DNA of 64,000 nucleotides from Oopsacas minuta. Its lineage: Eukaryota > Animalia > Porifera. The notes below the pieces were generated by a model. The model made no database searches. It worked only from the letters and a program-made list of their open reading frames with translations, and was not told the DNA's origin. Location of the stretch: positions 992,001 through 1,056,000 of the forward strand of contig JAKMXF010000365.1 in assembly GCA_024704765.1 (NCBI GenBank), read 5' to 3'. Positions within the stretch are counted from its first letter, which is position 1. Every line of letters starts with the position of its first letter. Positions 34,607 to 45,500 of this stretch are shown here, in pieces. A program made the translations under genes and the position numbers.

Positions 34607-35748
34607 TATTTTTCGAAATACAGTTGAATATATTGAATACTATAGCTGGAAGTTCGACAATAAGTTATTATATGATTTTCTATTTATTCATATGTACATT
34701 TCTGGTATGTACACAATTTATATTAAAGTTATTCTCTTTACGTGTTGAGCCATCTTCTGCATGTAAGTATTTGTGAGCACGTATAATGTAACAACTTTGA
34801 TTCTACTTAATGCCGAAACCAAATATCCTAACAGATATTTGCAGACAAATGTGGTGATAAATAATCTCAAATCGCCGCCTGTGCCTACACAAATTTTACC
34901 AAAAACATCCGTATTAAAATATACTACCCCGAAAATCGTGATACGATATATATACTTTAGCCCCATACACTTAATTATACCTTCAATCGAAATAATCAAG
35001 ATTGCAATAGTTTCTTATACTAAGACCCAGTTTCGAAAAGTCCGACGACGAATATTCCACTATTCATAAAATTCTGCAATATTAATTTATGGCGGAGTTA
35101 ATAGAATATTCAAATTGAAAATCTGATCAACTCAACATAGGTGTCATATACCTTGAGCTACATATTATAAATATCTTATACAATTATAATTATATTTCTC
35201 ACAAATACAGGCGATAAATTATGTTTCTGTGAGAAATATGCAAAGTATTATAAGAAAATTAAGAGGATGATCTAGTAAAGTCAATCGTGTTAAAATATGC
35301 TATCAAAGGTTAATATGTGTATAAATAGACTCAGCTAGCATAGCGACGTCGAACAAGGGATCGCTCGATAGGATTCGCAGAAAGTTTGAGAATGGATTGT
35401 TTTCACATTCCTAAGGAAATTTTGCGTTGCAAGAGAAAATACTCTAAATATGGCCAGTATATATATATAGCAAACTGCTTGAAATTTGATGCTAAACACG
35501 AATATGACCATAAATTGATCTGAAGCAATCGAATGAGCTAGCCTACATTTGCAACACAGGCGATTTCTGTTGGGCACTAAGTTTTGACCCCCGAAACTTT
35601 CAAATTCCCGTGGTCGTATTTTCGAAGACTTATTTTCTGGAGTTCAGTGTGATTCTCCAATGCATATAAAACAATAAAACAATTTGTTGCAATTTTTTGG
35701 TTATTTTTCTTACATTGCCCCGTCTAATTCCTTTTATACTAAGTTGGT

Positions 35749-36165
35749 ATGGCAACAAACAGTCCTCCTAAGAAAAGACATAAACAAGAATCTATCAGAG
35801 ATCCTAACACGAATACAGAGTCAAAGGTAGACCTACCGATTAACTTAGACAAAGAACAAGTTGGAAAACAGTTGAATGGAAGTAGCATTGGGATACAACC
35901 TGAGAAATTCAAGACCGCACCTGAAAAATATCGTCTTGAGACAGAAATCTCAATTTTAAATGATGAATCTATTAGACTCAAGAAAAGATTGGAATCTCTC
36001 TCTTCTGAATATTCTGAATTTGAGATGCAGGATATTCTAGATAAACTGCATGAGTATAATGATATTAAAGATGTTACACAGATTCTGCTTGGTAAATTAG
36101 CCGATTTTGATGAGATACCAGTTTCAGCTCTCTATCCTAGATTTGGACTCAAAACTACAGATTAG
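35749..36165 (+). CDS. SWI5: DNA repair protein SWI5 homolog
   Basis: C-terminal coiled coil with ILDKLHEYNDIKDVTQILLGKLA...LYPRFGL, the Swi5 family signature. Confidence 0.9.
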   Translation: MATNSPPKKRHKQESIRDPNTNTESKVDLPINLDKEQVGKQLNGSSIGIQPEKFKTAPEKYRLETEISILNDESIRLKKRLESLSSEYSEFEMQDILDKLHEYNDIKDVTQILLGKLADFDEIPVSALYPRFGLKTTD

Positions 36166-36436
36166 ATGTATTTTCCTAATTCAATACCACACAATTATCG
36201 CTTAAGATGTTTATATATTCATCAAATATTCAAAAACTATCACTTAGCTTGTCACTTCAGTAAATCTCGCTTAATATATCATCAAGCCATTTTCACCTCA
36301 TATTTCCCTCCTGGATTATTTATTATTCAATTTTAGCTTAAGAACCAGTTTAGCGTATACATCGTGTTATATATAATTTATTGATTACATTGAACATCAT
36401 TTCAGTAACCTGGCGTTGCGACTAATTATGGGATAC

Positions 36437-36475
36437 TGAATGTTGAATGTTGAATGTTGAATGTTGAATGCTGAA
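36437..36475 (+). repeat. (TGAATGT)n heptamer tandem repeat, ~5 units
   Basis: TGAATGT x4 followed by TGAATGC TGAA. Confidence 0.85.
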
Positions 36476-38171
36476 TACAAAACTCACTTCCATCATATTT
36501 CATCAGTCATCACCTCAGAATTTGAAAATATTCAATTTGCAAAATTGCAGAAATTTATAAATATATCTGAGTGTGAGTGTGAATGTGATGATAATAGATT
36601 GACTGGATTTTCGAATGATAGTGTTATTGAGTCTCATTATATAACGAAGTGAGCGAGAAGTAAAACTGGTTATTTTATAGAAGAAATCCAGAATTCAATA
36701 TCAGAAAATATTATTATTATATTAGCATGCTAAATAACCTGTATTACCTACAGGATTTAGTTGTGCCCTGACATTTGAAATTTTCTAATGTGTATATTTT
36801 CACATCTTTTGACACTTCTGTATTTCTGAGCTGTGTGCCGTTTATCCCGACATAATCCTGGTGTTAGAGTGCAAGCTGCAAGGTGTCCCCGTAATTTAGC
36901 CCCCACACTTCTGTCTAGACAGGACTGTACCTTATATCGTGATCAGAATTGAGATATCCTTATCAATTCTACCCCTTACTTATTGCCAAAGCGGTTTTGA
37001 TCAATTTTCTAAACCTAATTTCTGACAAAATATGCAGTCTAGACAAGACGACGAAACATCAGGGGTGGCGCCAGGACTTTCCCGACGAGAGGGCTAAGCT
37101 CCCAACGGGGGCAACTAAATTTGAGGATGAAATTCAGCATATAGGCATATAGGCTCATGCGTCTGGATGGGAAAGGATGACGTCAGCTCGCCCTCCCTAT
37201 ACTTTTTGTATTATGGTGGAGTCAGATCACCTTTAAGTGTCCACGACCATTCCCTATAGCAAATTGTACAGCAGGAAGATCTAGATAATGAATATCTTAC
37301 TACTAGCACTTGAAAGCATTGATTTTTATGATGTTTGTACGTAAGTTTCATTTCCTATTGCGTTTCTTACTACTTTGCACTTCTAAAGACATTATTGGAC
37401 AAGTCAGTTCAATTATGTATTTAGAAGTTCTAATATGGACTGAGTTATTAGCACCTGGAAATGTTTTTAATAGTACCTACGTATATTCATAGTATTCAAT
37501 ACAGAGTTGTACGTTGGCCGCCCTCGACCCGCAAGCCAACAAGCTGCGGGCTTGCCAGAAAATATTCTCATCATTACCCGCATTAAGCTGCTTAGCAAAA
37601 CTCCGCAGTCTCAGGTTACTGTTTTGAATTGCTACAAGTTACGAAATGGGAATACTTAAGGGTAAAACTAACCATACTTTCTCCGGAAAATTTTGATTTT
37701 TGCGGGCCGGGCTGCAGTTAGAAATTTCGCCCCACGTACAGCTCTGATTTAATAATCAGACAACACAACATAATAGATTACGAAATGATAATTACAATTT
37801 CTCAGCAAATTCAGAGGTTCTACCAATTGACTTGTAAATAATTTGTATTTCAATCTAACCTTTCTTCCTATGATTTCCCCAACGGATTGCTTAATATTCC
37901 TCGGGGCTGAGGTTCCCCGACGGGGGGCTATAGCCCCCTTGCCCCCCTACCGCTACCCCAGCGAAACACCTTACCCTCATGCCTAAAGTCTGAGGGACAT
38001 CTAGCCCTCTGACACCGGCCATAATACAGTAACTACAGTCCTTATATTTCTGTTCCAATGCTATGTTTGGAGGGAGTACTAATGATGATGTGGGATGATT
38101 TCCCACTGTTTCATTGTTTTGCTTTTTCAAATAGATATTCAAATTTGTTTAGTATATAGCTAATATAGCTA

Positions 38172-39050
38172 ATGAGTTATTTTGCTAAGCCTAAGATTAA
38201 ACCTGCAGAAACCAACGATAACTGTCTACCAGTTGTAAAGTATAAAGGAAAGGTTACACCTTTTATCAGTGTAGGTAGAGAAGGTACACGTGAGGGAGAG
38301 TTAAAGAATCCATGGGGAGTAACAGTGGATTATAAAAGTGGTAATATCTACGTTGCCGAACAGAGTAATGACAGGATACAAGTGTTTGACAGAGGTGTAT
38401 ATTTATACAAATTCATATCTAAGAGGATGAATTCTCCTCTTGGTCTTGCTATATCTCAAGAGAGATTATTCGTCACTCACTATGCAACTGGCTGTTTGTT
38501 AGTGTTCAATTTAAACGGAGAATTAATCACTCAATTTAGCTTAAATTCTAAGGGGAAGACTATAGGCCACGAGGAGACTGAATTCCCAAGTGCTCGTGGC
38601 CTTGCTTTAAATGAGAGTAATGGAGATTTATATGTTTGCAATAAATCTGACGTAAGAGTACATATATTTTCAAGTGACTACTTAACCCAAAGTTATTTCG
38701 GAATTGGGATAGCATTGCCATTAGATATACAAGTTACGAAGGATTGTATCTGTGTCTTGTCTAATAGAAATCCATTTTTACACACTTTTGATTTCAATTT
38801 TACTCGAATTCAGAATTTAATCTCAGATTCTATTTATGGACATTTGAAAGCTCCGAATGGGTTTTATATAGATGGAGCAGGTAATTTTATTATTTCTAAT
38901 TTCAGTCAAGATTCCGTAACAGTAGTTGATAAAGATGGATCAGTACTTTACAAGTTCACAAAATATCTGAAAGGTCCTATTGGGATCACATTAGATTCAA
39001 ATAGTCGGATACTTGTTGTGGGTCACAATAATAAACTTCTCATATTCTAA
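38172..39050 (+). CDS. Stand-alone NHL-repeat beta-propeller protein
   Basis: Repeated units such as GELKNPWGVTVD...IYVAEQSNDRIQVFD, PLGLAI, ARGLAL, PNGFYIDGAGNFIISNF and PIGITLDSNSRILV. No RING or B-box domain. Confidence 0.85.
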   Translation: MSYFAKPKIKPAETNDNCLPVVKYKGKVTPFISVGREGTREGELKNPWGVTVDYKSGNIYVAEQSNDRIQVFDRGVYLYKFISKRMNSPLGLAISQERLFVTHYATGCLLVFNLNGELITQFSLNSKGKTIGHEETEFPSARGLALNESNGDLYVCNKSDVRVHIFSSDYLTQSYFGIGIALPLDIQVTKDCICVLSNRNPFLHTFDFNFTRIQNLISDSIYGHLKAPNGFYIDGAGNFIISNFSQDSVTVVDKDGSVLYKFTKYLKGPIGITLDSNSRILVVGHNNKLLIF

Positions 39051-39794
39051 CAGTTCTTATTACGTTTCAATGAATTTGTTGTAAATTTATTTCTTTTAAA
39101 ACTATTTTTATGTTTAACCCAGCAGAACATATTATCCGTAAACAGAATACGTATTCTCTATGTTATATTGTGTTGTACATAGTAATGTGATGAATATCTT
39201 AAAATACTGTGTGGAAATTTTCTTGTATATAATTTTAGGTTGTACACTAAACAAACTAATTCGATACAAATGTCCTGAGGACACTTGAGTTGTAAGGATG
39301 CTTACACGCCAAGTGACTAGCATTAGTACTTTGTAGTCATATTTTCTTCGTTGAAATCAATCCTAAATAGTTGCCCCCCCCCTCCCCCCTAGAGTAGCTA
39401 AACATGTATAATTCCCTAGGCTGCTATTTAAGTATATATATACGATATGTATTTACTCTAGGTTATATCACATTGATGATTGAATGGCTACTTCTGGCTC
39501 AGGTGAAGAAGGAAATAGTTTTGACCTTAAGGTTTTTGTAAATTATTATTCCTATAAAATTTGAGTCACTTAATGCTGAAAAACCAATCACCGCATCGCG
39601 AGCAAGCGAATCCCACTCGTATAATTAATAAATAGTAATTAGCCACAGTATGCTACCTCAAATTCTCAGTGCCACTTAATAGATTTACTTACTTACTTAC
39701 ATATACCTTACTATAAGTTGGCTCAGGTTGTTATTTTAGATTTATTATTGTTTGTAGCAATATTTCAGATTTGAATTTTTGTTTTTCTATTTCA

Positions 39795-40514
39795 ATGGAT
39801 ATTTTGTACTTTGTGTTGTTCCCGCTATTCGTTTTAGTTTGTAGTTACATTTATGTCGCTAGAAATGAAGCATTAAAGCAGAAAATATTTGCTAAATTAT
39901 GGTTATCGGGAATGAGTAAGCAAACAGACATCATGTTATATCGGTGTAAGAAGGAATTAATGAAAAAGGTTAAATTGGAAGGAAATCTCCTGGAAGTTGG
40001 TAGTGGAGATGGCATTAACATGAAATATTATTTACAATATAGCGACAACATAAAATCATTGACGTGTATAGAGCCAAACAAGCAGTTCACAGATGTATTA
40101 AATTCAAAGAGTACTTCTTTTCCTATCAATAATTACAATTTAAGATTCTCAGAGTTTGTAGCAAGTAGCGAGAAGAAGGTAGATAAATTTGATGTTATAA
40201 TACTATGTCTAGTGTTGTGTTCAATAGAAGATCCTAGTGAAGTTATTGACGAATGTTACAAACTGCTAGTACCTGGAGGCAGGTTGCTAGTGCTGGAGCA
40301 TGTCATTGATCAGGAGAGTACACAAGCTATGTTAATGCAGTATCTGTTTAATCCTTTGTGGAAAATATTTGGAGATAACTGTTGTCTGACTAGACAGCCT
40401 TTTTTACATCTGAGGACTATGGACTGGACGGATATTTCTGAACAGATGATAAGGGTTAACAAGAACAAGATTCCTGTTTTAAGACAGTTCTATTCTTGTG
40501 TAGCCACTAAATAA
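39795..40514 (+). CDS. METTL7A-like: METTL7/TMT1-like SAM-dependent methyltransferase
   Basis: N-terminal hydrophobic anchor, LEVGSGDG motif I, FDVIILCLVLCS, LLVPGGRLLVLEHV and W...GDNCCLTR. Confidence 0.85.
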   Translation: MDILYFVLFPLFVLVCSYIYVARNEALKQKIFAKLWLSGMSKQTDIMLYRCKKELMKKVKLEGNLLEVGSGDGINMKYYLQYSDNIKSLTCIEPNKQFTDVLNSKSTSFPINNYNLRFSEFVASSEKKVDKFDVIILCLVLCSIEDPSEVIDECYKLLVPGGRLLVLEHVIDQESTQAMLMQYLFNPLWKIFGDNCCLTRQPFLHLRTMDWTDISEQMIRVNKNKIPVLRQFYSCVATK

Positions 40515-41555
40515 CGTAATTTTACCATCTCTTTGTTGTTATGTATATATCTTTATCTTATCTAAATTTGTTAGTTGTAAAATACGTATATTCAGCTATA
40601 TTCGACTACTGTTGAGAGTTCCCGGACTGGGCCGAGGCTGGCAAGAGGGATTTCCAAGGTTGAGTTAAACTTAATTCTCCGAAAGTCCAAAACCAAACTG
40701 AATAAACTTGAGGCCTCATTTGAAATTTTATTATTACTTGCTGACTTACAGTATCTATAATTTAACATTCAAACCTATAGTATGTTTATCATTTATATAT
40801 TTCATGGATTAGCGTGAATGCTAGTCTCATACGCGTTGTACTAGTTTTTCTTCGTGTTTAAGTTGTTGAAACTGTTTTTTAGGGAAGAGATTAATTTATA
40901 GTCCCAATTAGTCTTTAACTGGATTTTGAGTTGTCTAGACGGATTTTTATGGATTAGTTTAACCAATAGATTGCTATTGTTTAACTAATTTTAAAAATTG
41001 GTCTCCCAAGACCAAAATTTTCGTGACAACAGTTTCACAATTTCGCTCAAAAAGGTATCCCTCTAACTTCCCCTCCAACTGGGGAAAATAACCTCGATAT
41101 CTTTTGTAAAACTAATAGCATTGCTAGAGAGTTCTAATTTCTTACCTTTGAATAGCATGTATAGTATGATTAGTATCTTATAAGTCATAACTATACCAAA
41201 AGTTATAGCCTAACAAGTTTGTTTAAGAATTACGATTATTTTATGGACTATGGAGTCAGGACACGTATATGTCTTTCAAAAGGAATTAATTACTTCTACA
41301 TCATTCAGTGACGTAGAGAGGATGGCGCATTTGATGTATTTGCTCCACCTCTTTTCGTTGCGTCAGGCTATGTCATAGCACATTCCCCCTATTTCTTGCT
41401 ACGTGCTGAAGTAATCTGTCAAAGCTGGCTACCCCATCGAGTCATCATTCTTACCCGACATTAATTAATACATAAAAGTATTTTATCCTAAATTACCACA
41501 TTTATCCTGACATTAAATAATTGTTGGGAGTTTATCTCTACTATTCTCACTTAGC

Positions 41556-44111
41556 ATGAATTTACGTTATAAACTCGTATTAAGTATTGCTATAATTCTC
41601 CTCTCATCCCTCCTTCCCTACCTCAACACACTGCAGGGAGATCTTGTACATGATGATAAATTTGCTATAGTAGAGAATCCTGATATATTAAACAACTTGA
41701 ATATCATAAATATATTCAGTAATGACTTCTGGGGTACTCCCATTCTGAATCCAAAGAGTCACAAATCCTACAGACCTCTTACTATTCTATCTTTTAAACT
41801 GAATCACTATCTACATGGATTATCTCCCTACGGTTATCATCTATTCAATATATTAATACACTCTCTTAATTCTCTTATGTTATTCATCATTTCTTATTGG
41901 TACATATTCCAGGATAACATAACACTATCCTTATATACTGCATGTTTATTTGCTTCTCATCCGATACACACAGAAGCAGTAGCTGGTGTTGTAGGGAGAG
42001 CAGAGCTTCTAGCTTGCTTCACATTTCTAATAACTTTATTACTCTATCATCATCTGTGTATATCTACTAATTCTAGTACTCAGATTAATTACTGCTCTCA
42101 TATATTTGTACTTCTATTAGTTGGTGTAGTTACAGGTATAGCTACTCTGTGTAAAGAGAATGGAATAACCATATTGGGTGTATGTGGAGTTATTGATCTT
42201 ACTATATACTCTAGAAATAACGTTAGAACAGCTGGAGCATTTCTGTATAAATTAGAATATAGTAATGCATTTAAATGCTGTAAGCTGTTCCTGATGAGAT
42301 CGTTATTCCTCTTCATTACTCTAGTACTGATTCTATTTCTTAGAATTCTAATTCAAGGAGGAGAACTTCCCAAATTTCTTGACGAAGATAATCCAGCTTC
42401 ATTCTCTACCCCCCTTACCAAATTCCTAAGCTATAATTATATCTATTTTGTTAATGTATTTCTACTCCTCATGCCTTCTAGACTGTCTTATGATTGGCAG
42501 ATGGGGAGTATACCATTGCTACAGGAAATTACTGATGAGAGAAATATCTGTTCGCTAACACTCTGGGTTATGATACTGTGTGTTCTATTTAAGCTCTCTT
42601 ATTATTGGATTAAGTCATCTGATGTCTGTTATAAACCAATACTATACTCTCTTGTACTACTGATTGTACCTTTCCTTCCTTCCAGTAATCTATTCTTGAG
42701 AGTTGGGTTTGTACTAGCAGAAAGAGTGCTGTATATTCCAAGCATCAGTTTGTGTATTTGTATTCCTGCTGGATTCAATTTACTTTTTAATAAGTTCAAA
42801 ATTCCAAGGCTGTGTTCACTTTCTCTATGTTTAATCGTTATATTATTCTCATTGAAAACTTATCAGAGAAATAAAGTATGGCTCAGTAGAGAATCTCTAT
42901 TCATTTCTGGTATCAGAGATATGCCTAATAATGCAAAGATGCATTATAATTACGCTAACTTCCTTAAAGACAATCTACAGACCCCAGAAGCTATTCTCCA
43001 TTATAAATCAGCTGTAGCTTTATGGCCATCTCATGCTAGCTCTCACAACAACCTGGGTACTCTATTGGAGGGAGAGGAAGCTATACATCACTTCAGGTCT
43101 GCTATTGCTGCTAAACCTACTCATTCTAGAGCTATGTATAATCTGGGCAATCGTCTGGCTAAGGAGTACAAGTACTCAGAAGCAATAGACACCTACTATT
43201 CCTCTCTACGTGTTGATAATTCCTCTAGTGACTGTTGGCTGAGTCTAACTGCAGCACTAATTAAGACACAGGCTTCTGTTAATGAGATTAATTTCAGCCT
43301 ACAAAATGCAGAATCTACAGCTACACGATCACTTAGCAACTGGCTTAACTTAGCACAGATGTATCTAGATGTAGGAAATTTATCCAAAGCAGAAGTGTAT
43401 TTCACTAAATGTATAGAAGAGATAGCTAGTATACTAAAGGATGGTACTGAGAACTGTTATCTCGGATTAGCTACTGTGTATCGTAGAAACAATGAATTGG
43501 TTAAAGCAGAAAGATGGTATGAACAAGCACTTCAATTATTCCCAGATTTTAACCTAGCTTACACAACTTATGGATCATTTCAATTTAATATACACAATTA
43601 CAAAAGAGCTGTTGAGTTGTATAGAATTGCTTTTAATACATTTCCAATACAAACAGAAGAAAATATTTCCAATTTTGTGCAAATGCTATTGAAAAATGGA
43701 TTGATTAATGAAGCTAGATCGTTAATACACAAACACTTCAATTCAAATACTCAATCCGTTATTCTGCTTAAACTATTCATTCAGATTGAAATGGCAGATA
43801 AGAAAGACCTGTATGCTATTGAACTGTTAACAAACTACTCTAGCATTGTAGAGAATAATGAAGATTTGTTATACTTTAAGGCTATAGCACTCAGAAACAT
43901 TGGTAACTATACTGAAGCACTTCATGTGTATCAAAGTATTCTGCTAACTGATGCTAATAACTCTAGAGTACTTCATGATATAGGAGTAATATACCATATA
44001 CTAAAGAAGTACAAAGAATCTCTATTCTATTATGAACGAGCTCTTGATCTAACGCCTGGAGATCCGTTAATTATGCAGAATATACAAAAGGTAAAGAAAT
44101 TTATTCCTTAA
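41556..44111 (+). CDS. TMTC1: Protein O-mannosyltransferase TMTC1-like
   Basis: LVHDD, NDFWG...SHKSYRPL, DNPA, LSYDW and GFVLAERVLYIPS motifs. The TPR region NAKMHYNYANFLKD...HASSHNNLGTL most resembles TMTC1 among TMTC paralogues. Intronless. Confidence 0.9.
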   Translation: MNLRYKLVLSIAIILLSSLLPYLNTLQGDLVHDDKFAIVENPDILNNLNIINIFSNDFWGTPILNPKSHKSYRPLTILSFKLNHYLHGLSPYGYHLFNILIHSLNSLMLFIISYWYIFQDNITLSLYTACLFASHPIHTEAVAGVVGRAELLACFTFLITLLLYHHLCISTNSSTQINYCSHIFVLLLVGVVTGIATLCKENGITILGVCGVIDLTIYSRNNVRTAGAFLYKLEYSNAFKCCKLFLMRSLFLFITLVLILFLRILIQGGELPKFLDEDNPASFSTPLTKFLSYNYIYFVNVFLLLMPSRLSYDWQMGSIPLLQEITDERNICSLTLWVMILCVLFKLSYYWIKSSDVCYKPILYSLVLLIVPFLPSSNLFLRVGFVLAERVLYIPSISLCICIPAGFNLLFNKFKIPRLCSLSLCLIVILFSLKTYQRNKVWLSRESLFISGIRDMPNNAKMHYNYANFLKDNLQTPEAILHYKSAVALWPSHASSHNNLGTLLEGEEAIHHFRSAIAAKPTHSRAMYNLGNRLAKEYKYSEAIDTYYSSLRVDNSSSDCWLSLTAALIKTQASVNEINFSLQNAESTATRSLSNWLNLAQMYLDVGNLSKAEVYFTKCIEEIASILKDGTENCYLGLATVYRRNNELVKAERWYEQALQLFPDFNLAYTTYGSFQFNIHNYKRAVELYRIAFNTFPIQTEENISNFVQMLLKNGLINEARSLIHKHFNSNTQSVILLKLFIQIEMADKKDLYAIELLTNYSSIVENNEDLLYFKAIALRNIGNYTEALHVYQSILLTDANNSRVLHDIGVIYHILKKYKESLFYYERALDLTPGDPLIMQNIQKVKKFIP

Positions 44112-44310
44112 ATAAAATATTATCCTATTTTGATTTAATAGTTTTATTCAATTGAAGAAATGCATTTATTTATTTTATACGAGATTATGTCAGCCTTTGA
44201 GTCTTCCAGTTTCTTTAATTAATTCTGAACATACAAACAAAAGTTGAGCAGATGAGCTAAAGGATTTGAGCTAAACCCTTTAGCTTATCCGGTCGTGTAT
44301 TATTAGGATA

Positions 44311-44805
44311 CTACCGCTCTGCGGCTTGCGAACACTGTGCTCGCATGGGGCTTGGCACTTCGTGCCTCGAATTAAGCAAAGCATATAAAGTGCGTTGATG
44401 ACAAATTCATATTTGGAATCAGCGTACCCGATTAACCTGGTAGAACGGTTGAAAGCAAGTTTCTAGGATTAATTAGAAAATATGTAATTGAAATATCAAA
44501 TTCGATATATCTGGTGAGAACAAGTCTCTAAGTATATTTCGAGAATTCAGCAATTTGTTTACTTTAAATTCATAAAAACAACAACAAATTTACATATGAT
44601 TAATCCAAAAGTGTGAAAATCGGATTCAACATGTTCGATATATTTAGTGAAGTTTTATTTAATTCTATTTTCTTCCTTGATAAACACGATAAATACATAG
44701 TTATGCGACAATTTCAAAATTGCATACCGTAAATCCTTTCCTTGACAACGGATAAATTAATAGACAGACAGACAAACAGACAACAATTGAAATTAATAAT
44801 ATAGA
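44311..44805 (-). mobile_element. Non-autonomous Helitron-like element (family B), both ends visible
   Basis: On the minus strand: A|TCTATATTATTAA then TTGTCTGTTTGTCTGTCTGTC at the 5' end; GGCAC-GAA-GTGCC and CCGC-AGA-GCGG hairpins, then TAG|T, at the 3' end. The A|T insertion context is Helitron-like. Confidence 0.65.
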
Positions 44806-45500
44806 TCTAAGCTGTAAATTCACTGTTCAGATAATTATTCCTATATTGTATATCTAATTTATTTCTCTAATTTTTCGGGATTTATAAGTATATTAACTTT
44901 TGTAATAAACAGACGTAAACTATTTATTTGAATAATCAATTGTGAACACAATAAGTCTGTCTATTGTTGGGGAATTACCGAAATTATGAGGTTAGAAATA
45001 GGGTTTCGATCTGAAAGAATGGATGGAATTCAAACTTTTAGTGCAAAGAATTAACTGAAAGTTATGGTGAAGGGTATATTCAACTTTTAACCATAAATAT
45101 GAGTTTGAATACTAATTCATTCGGAGTTTCATTATCTAAAGGTGTTAGAATTCACATTCGATCGGGGGAAATAAGACGATCCCGGAACAATAGCCAAACC
45201 TCGGCAAAACAGGGATTCCCGGTCGATCGCTAAGTACAACCAACCATTATAGGCCTCTTAAGATTAGTTGTGTTGTACAAGTAGATGTATACATGGTCTA
45301 ATGATTAGGGATAGCTTTGGATCGATCACAATAAGTCGATTTTTAAGGGGGCAAAGCCCACCAAACCCCCTAGGGCGCTCGATTTGTGTACCCCCCTCTA
45401 TAACCCTCTGGCTATGCTACTGCTGTTATGTAAGCTTCTAGTATAACTGGAAAATTATTAGCCTCTAATTGCGCTACAAGATTACTCAGCAATTTATATT

